Shown here: positions 16,912-23,808 of the stretch, piece after piece
Layout: each line of letters begins with the position of its first letter
How positions within the stretch are numbered: the stretch's first letter is position 1
Source of the DNA: a virus
Lineage: Duplodnaviria; Caudoviricetes
Length of the DNA stretch: 24,110 nt
Direction: 5' to 3' (one strand)
IMG/VR virus record: IMGVR_UViG_3300043414_001006
Span: 1-24,110 of that record
Program-made: the position numbers and the translations under genes
The notes under the pieces: generated by a model
What the model was told of the DNA's origin: nothing
Seen by the model: only the letters and a program-made list of their open reading frames with translations
The model's database searches: none

Positions 16912-17562
16912 ATGGGAAAGATTCTTCACGCTAGTGCTAGCGGGTATTTTCCAAATTGTATTAAAATCGGTCCTCGTGATGAACCAACCCAAAGCCTTCC
17001 GTTTACTGGCTTTACTGATATGACGCTTGACCAAGCTATGGGCTTGCTTTGGAGGGTAAAAACCTGGGAATGCCTTGTTTCTGGTAGTTCAGAGTATCTT
17101 CCACCAGAAGGGCCGGGTGCCAGTTATATTACAACTTTTACAGACACTACATATCGAGAAATGTTTACATTTACGCCAATAAATCAAGAGGAAGATTTGG
17201 TTTGTGGTATTCAGTTTCAATATCGATTAGATGATATACCGGCCCTTTTTACTTTCCTAGATGGCTCAATGAATATTCCTCAGACTTGTAAATTTTATAT
17301 TGGTTCTAATGACATTTCAAAAGTTGGAGATGTATATTTTCCTACATTATCTACTAATTGTTGGTCGTTTTCGTCTATTGGTTCCGTAGGTGAATTTAGT
17401 CAAGCCATTGGAACATATAATATAAGCTTTTTAGGTTATGTAATTACACGCACTACATATAATGGTATTTATGTTTTTGGTTCTCAAACTATCAACATTA
17501 GAGCCAAAGAATACTGGTCTTACGGAGGAACATACGACACGGCAACTGGCGAACCCTTGTGA
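16912..17562 (+). CDS. Hypothetical tail-associated protein with AT-rich core
   Basis: 216 aa ORF with a visibly AT-richer central portion. Confidence 0.8.
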   Translation: MGKILHASASGYFPNCIKIGPRDEPTQSLPFTGFTDMTLDQAMGLLWRVKTWECLVSGSSEYLPPEGPGASYITTFTDTTYREMFTFTPINQEEDLVCGIQFQYRLDDIPALFTFLDGSMNIPQTCKFYIGSNDISKVGDVYFPTLSTNCWSFSSIGSVGEFSQAIGTYNISFLGYVITRTTYNGIYVFGSQTINIRAKEYWSYGGTYDTATGEPL

Positions 17563-17780
17563 GTTGTTCCGTTTGTGGCAAGGCAAGAAGCTTGTCTGGC
17601 TCCGTCTTAGAATGGACTAGGGCGGGGATGCCGATTGCAAATTCTGCCACGCTTGAAAGTCGACAGGGCACTTGTCGAGCGTGCGAATTTTACAAGAAAC
17701 CCATATGCCAGCGGTGCGGTTGTGTCATAGCCATGAAAGCAAGGCTGCAGACTAGCAAGTGTCCAGAGGGCAAGTGGTAG
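17559..17780 (+). CDS. Small Cys-rich, probably metal-binding protein (DUF6171-like)
   Basis: CxxC, CRAC, CQRCGC...K.....KCPEGKW; GTGA overlap with the upstream gene. Confidence 0.75.
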   Translation: MSCSVCGKARSLSGSVLEWTRAGMPIANSATLESRQGTCRACEFYKKPICQRCGCVIAMKARLQTSKCPEGKW

Positions 17781-17783
17781 TCT

Positions 17784-17789
17784 TTGACA
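17784..17789 (+). promoter_or_regulatory. TTGACA motif, 13 nt before ATG 17803
   Basis: TTGACA-cccacagtccaga-ATG. Confidence 0.7.
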
Positions 17790-17802
17790 CCCACAGTCCA
17801 GA

Positions 17803-18138
17803 ATGGCCGCTGGCGTCTATAATTTAACAATCGAGCAGGGCGTGGATCTCGCCCTTGAGGTGGCCGTAAAAGACAGCACCGCCGCCACCTACTCGCTCAC
17901 TGGCGCCACTGCGGCCGCTCAGATCCGTGATACCTACAACGGTTCTCTGCTAGCCACCTTTGCCACCGTCACTGCCACTGGCACCACTGGCTCTCTTACC
18001 CTAGCGTTGAGCGCCGTCACCGCCTCCGCCTTGCCGTTGTCTGGCGGGTACTGGGATCTGCTCCTTACCACTAGCGCCGCCACAAAAGTCCGCCTGCTTC
18101 AAGGAAGCGTATCCATCGCAGGTGAGGTGACAGAGTAA
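17803..18138 (+). CDS. Ig-like fibre adaptor (BppU N-terminal-like) protein
   Basis: YNLTIEQG...YSLTGATAAAQIR...YWDLLL...RLLQG pattern typical of phage fibre-attachment domains. Confidence 0.7.
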   Translation: MAAGVYNLTIEQGVDLALEVAVKDSTAATYSLTGATAAAQIRDTYNGSLLATFATVTATGTTGSLTLALSAVTASALPLSGGYWDLLLTTSAATKVRLLQGSVSIAGEVTE

Positions 18139-18272
18139 TGGCCCTTACCGCCACCGTCTGCGGTCCGGCCTCCATAAGCGTAGCCGTCGGCACGCCCATC
18201 GTCACTGGCTCAGCCGGGGCAGGGGGCGTGACTACTGGCACGGCCGTGGCGCTGGCAGTGGCGCTAGGATGA
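18138..18272 (+). CDS. 44-aa protein ending in AVALAVALG (not in ORF track)
   Basis: MALTATVCGPASISVAVGTPIVTGSAGAGGVTTGTAVALAVALG; TAATG coupling to the upstream gene; fills the gap. Confidence 0.75.
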   Translation: MALTATVCGPASISVAVGTPIVTGSAGAGGVTTGTAVALAVALG

Positions 18273-18297
18273 CATAGGAAAGCATAGAAAGAATAAA

Positions 18298-19335
18298 ATG
18301 AAACAAGTCTGGCCAAATTACTCATACTCGCCCACAACCAACGTGCTCACCCTCACGGGCCTTAACATAGACCGCGACCAACTTCTGCTCGTCACGGCCG
18401 CCGATCGCGGGCGGATCATGTATAACTTTGCCGATAGTACAGTTACCGCATCCGCCTTCACCGCTGGGGCAAACACTGGGCTCACCTTGGTGGCGTCTAC
18501 CGCGGGCCTCACCACCACGGCCGCGCTTGTAATCTACTACGACGATCAGCTACAAAGCGCCGCCATTACTGGGACAGTCACCGTCTCCTCCCTCCCCGCC
18601 ATCTCTGGCACGGTGACGGTGGGTAGTTTACAAACTATAGTTATAGACGCTATAAATAATGTTGGTAACAATGACGGTTTTCCAGATTATCGTTTAGGTA
18701 CTGCTATCTACGAGGGAAATAGTGAAATTTCACCCGCAAGATTTATCGGAGTTGGATACACCGATGCAAATAGTGCTGGTAGGCTTGTCACCGATTCAAC
18801 CCCATTTCCAGTAAGACTTTTAAGCACAATCGGTGTACAGGCGGTGGCAGGAACTGCCCGAATCGGCGTGGTGACGATTGGAGCAGGAACGGTAACAATA
18901 GGAGCAGGGACGGCACAGATTGGCTCAGTCACCGCATCCATATCTAACTTTCCCGCCACTCAACCCATCAGCATCTCCTCCGTCACGATTGGCAATAGCG
19001 TCACCATCGGTTCTCTCCCTGCAATTAGCGGGACGGTAACTGCCAACTCATCTAACGGATCTCTGACAACAAGGTTCGGCTCGGTCGCTACTGCCAACAC
19101 AGCCTTTGCAACATCTGCCGTTACTAACGCAAATAGAAAATATCTACTGATTCAGAATGTCACTACGGCCTCAAATGTAATTACAGTAGGAATTGGCTTT
19201 ACCCCCACCACCACCCAAGGCATCCAACTTTCCTCTGGGGCAGGGCTAACCTTTGAGGGCAATTATATCCCGACTGGAACTGTTAATTTGTTGTCCAGCG
19301 TAACCGCTTCTTGCTTTACCATTCTGGAGGCGTAA
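18298..19335 (+). CDS. Tail fibre-like protein
   Basis: 345 aa Thr-rich with SLPAISGTVT twice and VTIGAGT repeats; C-terminal NANRKYLLIQN beta-sandwich-like domain. Confidence 0.7.
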   Translation: MKQVWPNYSYSPTTNVLTLTGLNIDRDQLLLVTAADRGRIMYNFADSTVTASAFTAGANTGLTLVASTAGLTTTAALVIYYDDQLQSAAITGTVTVSSLPAISGTVTVGSLQTIVIDAINNVGNNDGFPDYRLGTAIYEGNSEISPARFIGVGYTDANSAGRLVTDSTPFPVRLLSTIGVQAVAGTARIGVVTIGAGTVTIGAGTAQIGSVTASISNFPATQPISISSVTIGNSVTIGSLPAISGTVTANSSNGSLTTRFGSVATANTAFATSAVTNANRKYLLIQNVTTASNVITVGIGFTPTTTQGIQLSSGAGLTFEGNYIPTGTVNLLSSVTASCFTILEA

Positions 19336-20703
19336 GTGGGCTTCTTTGCCACAAGCGGAATCCTCAATCGCAGGGGGTTCTTTGGTGGAGCTACAGCCTT
19401 TAACCCATCCAACATCGCTGGTCTTTCCCTCTGGCTGAAGGCTGATGCTGGGGTAACACAAAGCACATCACTGTTAAACGGCCTCCTCGCTTACTGGAAA
19501 CTTGATACTGATAGCTGGATAGATTCAAGCGGGAATGGAATTGATCTGCTAAGCTATAGTGGGGTAACTGTTGGGACAGGGATTATTTCTGGTTGTGCTT
19601 TAATTTCTCCAAGCGGTGGATATCTTGATAATTCTTCAACAAATTTTAATGTTGGAACCGCAGATATCTCAGCCTCTGTATGGATTAAGCCATTAACTTA
19701 TGGAGCTATAGCATATGATATTTTAGCTGGAACAGTTTTTGATTTAAGAAATGGCTCGGTAGGCGATTGGCTTTTAATTTTTGGCGATACTGGTAAATTA
19801 TTAGTTTGGGAGCTGGGCGTGGTTTATGAATCGACAGTTACAATTTCATTAAATACTTGGACGCATATAGCTATTTCAAGAAGCTCTGGAACAACAAGTT
19901 TTTATATAAATGGCTCACTTGATGGAACTTTTAGTGATGCGCAAGATTTCCAATCTCAATTAATCACAATCGGCGGTGTTTTTGATTTTGCAGGAGACCC
20001 AGATACTTTGCAATACGATGGGAATATAGACGAACTTGGATTCTGGAATCGAGCCTTATCCGAAACAGAAATCGCATCTCTCTACAACGCTGGGGCTGGG
20101 AATACCTATCCTTTCATAGATGCAGGAGTCCAAGATGTAACAGCTTGGGCAGATCAGAGTGGGAATGGAAATGATGCTACTGCCACAGACACGCCATCAC
20201 TAAGCACAGTAAGCGGAAAAACATTTGTAGATTTTGCTGGTGGTTACTTTAGCGGAAACGAGTTAATCACATCTCCATATGTAACAATTATGTTTGTAGC
20301 AAGGTTTTCTGACTATCAAGAAATTGGAGTAATATTTCAGCAATATTCAGATGCAGATAATTTAGCTTTCTATATAGGATTTAGTTCGGGTACTGCATGC
20401 AGAATATACAACGGCGACAATTTAAGCTCTCTTACAGAAACAAATAACAATCAAACATATTTATTTGGAACAACTGTTGAGGGCGATCAAGGAGAATTAT
20501 TTCTAAATGGGGTTAGTGACGGTGATGGCTATTGTGGAGAGATAACACCCGCTGGAGCATATTATATAGGGAGATGGGTTAGTGGCGCAGCTACAACTAC
20601 TATAATGAAAATGGCTGAAATTGTTATTTATGATCGAGTCCTTACAACTCCTGAAAGAATACAAGTTGAGGCGTATCTGAACACTAAATACGCAATTTAT
20701 TAA
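19336..20703 (+). CDS. LamG / concanavalin-A-like lectin domain protein (candidate receptor-binding or decoration protein)
   Basis: LWLKAD...WADQSGNGN...EIVIYDRVLT and AYWKLD...DSSGNG...WIKP...WTHIA...YING...IDELGFWNRALS motifs. Confidence 0.85.
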   Translation: MGFFATSGILNRRGFFGGATAFNPSNIAGLSLWLKADAGVTQSTSLLNGLLAYWKLDTDSWIDSSGNGIDLLSYSGVTVGTGIISGCALISPSGGYLDNSSTNFNVGTADISASVWIKPLTYGAIAYDILAGTVFDLRNGSVGDWLLIFGDTGKLLVWELGVVYESTVTISLNTWTHIAISRSSGTTSFYINGSLDGTFSDAQDFQSQLITIGGVFDFAGDPDTLQYDGNIDELGFWNRALSETEIASLYNAGAGNTYPFIDAGVQDVTAWADQSGNGNDATATDTPSLSTVSGKTFVDFAGGYFSGNELITSPYVTIMFVARFSDYQEIGVIFQQYSDADNLAFYIGFSSGTACRIYNGDNLSSLTETNNNQTYLFGTTVEGDQGELFLNGVSDGDGYCGEITPAGAYYIGRWVSGAATTTIMKMAEIVIYDRVLTTPERIQVEAYLNTKYAIY

Positions 20704-20704
20704 A

Positions 20705-20872
20705 ATGCCCCTCCTCCTCCTCGCTCTCTGCCTCTGCTCATGTTCTCCACGGCAACATGACCAGTGGAACATGAACGTGTTATTAGATTATAGCGACATG
20801 GGAGCCGCCGAGGATGCAGGCCGTACCCCCGCTTTTAGCCCTGCTCAACCAGAATCGGCAGGGGTCAAATGA
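20705..20872 (+). CDS. 55-aa putative lipoprotein (not in ORF track)
   Basis: MPLLLLALCLCSCSPRQ...YSDMGAAEDAG...; lipobox-like LCSC; starts 1 nt after the upstream stop. Confidence 0.6.
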   Translation: MPLLLLALCLCSCSPRQHDQWNMNVLLDYSDMGAAEDAGRTPAFSPAQPESAGVK

Positions 20873-20883
20873 TCAAGCCGTTC

Positions 20884-20939
20884 TCCCTTATTCAGCCAGC
20901 AAGCAATATGAATCCCTTATTCCGCCAGCCTGTAATATG
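20884..20939. repeat. 27-bp direct repeat, two copies, 29-bp period
   Basis: TCCCTTATTCAGCCAGCAAGCAATATG (20884-20910) and TCCCTTATTCCGCCAGCCTGTAATATG (20913-20939), 23/27 identical. Confidence 0.85.
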
Positions 20940-20989
20940 CCGTTTTCAACTCAAATAGCAAAGCGTTATAAATCAAGCGCTGTATTTAT

Positions 20990-21196
20990 ATGAAGCTACA
21001 CAATACATATAAAAAAAAGCAATCTGTTGTGCCTTCTAATTTGCAAAAGAAAGCTAAAGCCTCTGCTATACATGTAGATAAACGGCGTTCGCTTAACACA
21101 ACTAAGCGGACGTGCAAAGGAAACCGCAGTTTTGAGGGCCTCACCTTTCCAGATAACCTCTTAGCGCTTTTCGGCTATCGCAGGAAGAACGCTTGA
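20990..21196 (+). CDS. Doubtful 68-aa basic ORF
   Basis: Open frame, but AT-rich, Lys-rich, without an RBS and overlapping several hairpins; may be non-coding. Confidence 0.3.
   Translation: MKLHNTYKKKQSVVPSNLQKKAKASAIHVDKRRSLNTTKRTCKGNRSFEGLTFPDNLLALFGYRRKNA
21086..21112. other. 10-bp stem-loop
   Basis: CGTTCGCTTA-ACACAAC-TAAGCGGACG (one G-U pair on the + strand). Confidence 0.65.
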
Positions 21197-21221
21197 ATAA
21201 GGCACAGCGTTATTAAAGTGT

Positions 21222-21383
21222 ATGACTATCGCCAATGATACAGGAGACAACGGCCCCGGCTGGCGTGAGTTTTGGCAAAGCCTAAAATGGCTAGAGGCAG
21301 AGGGCTACATCGAACTATTTTACGACGATAACGGGGAAGAGACCGTCCGCATAGCCGAAGGTGCGGAAGGCTACACCCTATGA
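21222..21383 (+). CDS. 53-aa acidic hypothetical protein (not in ORF track)
   Basis: MTIANDTGDNGPGWREFWQSLKWLEAEGYIELFYDDNGEETVRIAEGAEGYTL; ATGA coupling with the next gene. Confidence 0.7.
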   Translation: MTIANDTGDNGPGWREFWQSLKWLEAEGYIELFYDDNGEETVRIAEGAEGYTL

Positions 21384-21640
21384 GCTCCGACCAAGTGGCC
21401 GACCTTTCCGAACGTCTATCAGAGGTAAGAATTTCTGTGGCTAGGATTGAGACCCGTCAGTCCGTTATCCTAGACATGCTAGAACGGTCGCAAGCAAGCC
21501 TGGGGGAGTACCACGGGCGCCTCCGCGAAATGGAAAACTCCGCTCACTCCCTCCGCACTAAGATCTGGCTTATCTCTGTCTGTGCCGGGGCGGCCTGCTC
21601 AATGATCTGGGAGCTGGTAAAGCGCCGGATCGGCCTTTGA
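21380..21640 (+). CDS. Coiled-coil protein with C-terminal TM helix (lysis-associated, XhlA-like architecture)
   Basis: Heptad-like N-terminus (VARIETRQ) and hydrophobic IWLISVCAGAACSMIW before a basic tail. Confidence 0.7.
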   Translation: MSSDQVADLSERLSEVRISVARIETRQSVILDMLERSQASLGEYHGRLREMENSAHSLRTKIWLISVCAGAACSMIWELVKRRIGL

Positions 21641-21642
21641 CA
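21637..21642 (+). promoter_or_regulatory. TTGACA motif, 14 nt before ATG 21657
   Basis: TTGACA-ccccactggtttgc-ATG; contains the upstream TGA stop. Confidence 0.7.
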
Positions 21643-21656
21643 CCCCACTGGTTTGC

Positions 21657-21824
21657 ATGGACATATTAAACAACATCCTCAATAACTGGCAGACCTACCT
21701 TGGCGCCCTCTCGGCCGTGCTTGTGGCCGCGATCGCCGTGGCCGCCATGATCCCAGGGGACGAGCCGGAAGCCACCCTTCAAAAGATCGTAGACTTCATC
21801 GCCCGCTTCTCCGCTAAGAAGTAA
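21657..21824 (+). CDS. 55-aa putative holin (not in ORF track)
   Basis: MDILNNILNNWQTYLGALSAVLVAAIAVAAMIPGDEPEATLQKIVDFIARFSAKK; one TM helix, amphipathic basic C-terminus; in the lysis cluster. Confidence 0.65.
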   Translation: MDILNNILNNWQTYLGALSAVLVAAIAVAAMIPGDEPEATLQKIVDFIARFSAKK

Positions 21825-21830
21825 AAGCAG

Positions 21831-21998
21831 ATGATCGCCGGGATCCTAGCTTTGCTGGGGACGGTGGCGGGGATTGTTCTGTGGGTAATGAAAAGACGCA
21901 CTCCCTTGCAAAGGGATTACGAACAGATCGAGGTGGCTCGATTAAAAAGGAACCGAGACATTGACTCATGGTGGTCTAATAAGCCTCCTGGCTCTTAG
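21831..21998 (+). CDS. 55-aa putative inner-membrane spanin (not in ORF track)
   Basis: MIAGILALLGTVAGIVLWVMKRRTPLQRDYEQIEVARLKRNRDIDSWWSNKPPGS; N-terminal TM helix; overlaps the lipoprotein gene. Confidence 0.6.
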   Translation: MIAGILALLGTVAGIVLWVMKRRTPLQRDYEQIEVARLKRNRDIDSWWSNKPPGS

Positions 21999-22209
21999 TG
22001 TCCTGACCAGCTGTGCTACGCTCCCACGCACAGACGGCCCGCCACCGACGCCGGACACGATCACCGATCTCATTATGCGTTGGGACGCCATCGAGCGCCG
22101 TGTCGGTCATTGCGATCCGGCTTACCGCGACCAGTACGTCCAGGCGCTTAAGGCGCTTTCTGATAGCTTGGCGGAAACTGCAAAGTCAAATGCTAGGGAG
22201 GGGCGATGA
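21961..22209 (+). CDS. Lipoprotein, putative outer-membrane spanin
   Basis: Signal peptide with lipobox LTSC, then Pro-rich GPPPTP; overlaps the previous gene in another frame. Confidence 0.65.
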   Translation: MTHGGLISLLALSVLTSCATLPRTDGPPPTPDTITDLIMRWDAIERRVGHCDPAYRDQYVQALKALSDSLAETAKSNAREGR

Positions 22210-22712
22210 CTACCTTAGCTGAAAGCAACGCCCGCACCCTGCGGGCGATCGAAAGTCTTGCGCCCGCTTTTCAGCGCCAAGTAAGGGGATGGGTGACTGA
22301 GATGGTTAACAGCAAGATCCCGCCACTCATCTACTGCGGCCGCCGGACTATGGAGGAGCAAGCGGCCCTGTATAGTTTGGGCAGATCCGCCCCTGGCCGC
22401 ATTGTGACCAAGGCCAAGGCAGGGGAGAGCTATCATAACTACGGCCTAGCTTTCGACTGGGTGCCGCTGAAGCCCGCGCCTAAGGATCCTACGATGCTCG
22501 TAGTCGACTGGGACGACGAAACCGCGTTCCGTATCGGCGAGCACGTTGGCGGCAGTTTCCAGTTAAATGGCATTAGTTGGGAGGCAGGCCATCTGCAATC
22601 GAGCCAGTACGCAAACTGGCGTGACATTCCACGCAAGGATGTGGAACAACCCACCCAGCAAATCGTTGCAAAAAGTGTAAGTACCCGTCGCGTAAAAATG
22701 AGGAAGCCATGA
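22206..22712 (+). CDS. Endolysin, peptidase M15 (L-Ala-D-Glu peptidase-like)
   Basis: RTMEEQAALY..GR, IVTKAKAGESYHNYGLAFD (SxHxxGxAxD) and E.GHLQ motifs. Confidence 0.92.
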   Translation: MTTLAESNARTLRAIESLAPAFQRQVRGWVTEMVNSKIPPLIYCGRRTMEEQAALYSLGRSAPGRIVTKAKAGESYHNYGLAFDWVPLKPAPKDPTMLVVDWDDETAFRIGEHVGGSFQLNGISWEAGHLQSSQYANWRDIPRKDVEQPTQQIVAKSVSTRRVKMRKP

Positions 22713-23053
22713 CTGAATCGCCTGCCATCCATAGCCCTATGTCCGAGGAACACGAAAAGCACCTGGCCGGGATCCTTGTCGACCTTACAAGGGACGTGTC
22801 CAAAAAATATCGCAAGGGCCAAGAGGAGCACGGTGGCGCCCTGTGGCGTCGCCCGGTGTGGAAGGATACGTGGGATGAGGTCTTAGACCTTTGTACGTAC
22901 GTCCACACCCTCCGGCTACAGCTGGGCGTCATCGCCGAGCTCGCCCTGCAAGGCGCGGCCGACGAGTCGCTCGCAGCCTCTCAGAGCAGGGAAAACTGTA
23001 GACAAATTTTAGCAGTCCTACAGGGATTCCCAAGCGCACACGACAAAAAGTGA
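22709..23053 (+). CDS. Hypothetical helical protein, possibly MazG-like all-alpha nucleotide pyrophosphatase fold
   Basis: KY.KG..EHG...DEVLD...Y pattern; weak resemblance only. Confidence 0.5.
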   Translation: MTESPAIHSPMSEEHEKHLAGILVDLTRDVSKKYRKGQEEHGGALWRRPVWKDTWDEVLDLCTYVHTLRLQLGVIAELALQGAADESLAASQSRENCRQILAVLQGFPSAHDKK

Positions 23054-23808
23054 AAGTCTTAAAGAAGTGGAAACGGTGGCTAGCCGTATCCTGCTCCCAC
23101 GGTCACCTGGCTAATCCGGCCGCCTGTGCCGCCGCTTTAGAGATGAAGCGCAGGTGGATCCGACCAAACAGTGGGGACAAAGTCCTGCATCTCGGTGATT
23201 TTCTTGATCTGAGTTCATTAATGGGCTCAGCCCGTAAAGATCCTGATAATCCTGAGCGATCAATTTCTATCCGTGAGGACTTCGACGCTGGGCTAAATTT
23301 CGTCCGCCAGCTTGCCCCAAACTACCTTTATGAAGGGAATCATGAACATAGACTCACGGCATTACAGACCTCACCTAGCGCCATCGTGGCTCACTGCTGC
23401 ATGTCTGCAAAGTCGGAGATCTACAACCTGTGTAAGGATCTAAAGGCAGAGTGGGTGCCGTATGATATTGAGAAAGGGTGGCGGGATCTGGGTGGTACTG
23501 CTTTCGGCCACGGGTTCATGTTTTCAGAATCCAGCGCAGTAAGGGATCACGTAGAGATGACCCGCAAACCCGTAGTCATCGGCCATCTGCACAGGATCGA
23601 TCGATCGTCTGGCCGTAGCTTTGGCGCCCCAGTGGGATGGACTATTGGATGCCTAGCAGATATCGGATCTATGCACTACGCCAGGCGGCAAAGATCCGTG
23701 ACCAGGTGGCAACACGGCGTCGCCTGGGGCGAGTACGTAGACGGAGGGCAGGGGTGTACAGTGCAAGTCCTCAGCCCAGTGGAGGGTCAATGGCGGTATC
23801 CGATTTAA
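23050..23808 (+). CDS. Calcineurin-like metallophosphoesterase
   Basis: GDFLD, GNHE, HG and GHLH motifs; motif I reads SCSHG. Confidence 0.88.
   Translation: MKVLKKWKRWLAVSCSHGHLANPAACAAALEMKRRWIRPNSGDKVLHLGDFLDLSSLMGSARKDPDNPERSISIREDFDAGLNFVRQLAPNYLYEGNHEHRLTALQTSPSAIVAHCCMSAKSEIYNLCKDLKAEWVPYDIEKGWRDLGGTAFGHGFMFSESSAVRDHVEMTRKPVVIGHLHRIDRSSGRSFGAPVGWTIGCLADIGSMHYARRQRSVTRWQHGVAWGEYVDGGQGCTVQVLSPVEGQWRYPI

Noticed and set aside
18269-18300. ATGACA before ATG 18298
   Set aside because: The 23-nt spacing is outside the 13-16 range, and TGA is simply the upstream stop.
20884-20939. CRISPR array
   Set aside because: Only two copies separated by 2 nt, no spacer and no cas genes.
21030-21125. 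c-di-GMP-I riboswitch-like words (GCTAAAGCCTC, GGACGTGCAAAG)
   Set aside because: Order and stems do not match the family architecture as far as I can judge by eye.
23637-23789. N-terminal extension of the last ORF
   Set aside because: Lies within the phosphoesterase gene; ATG 23790 has a GGAGG RBS.
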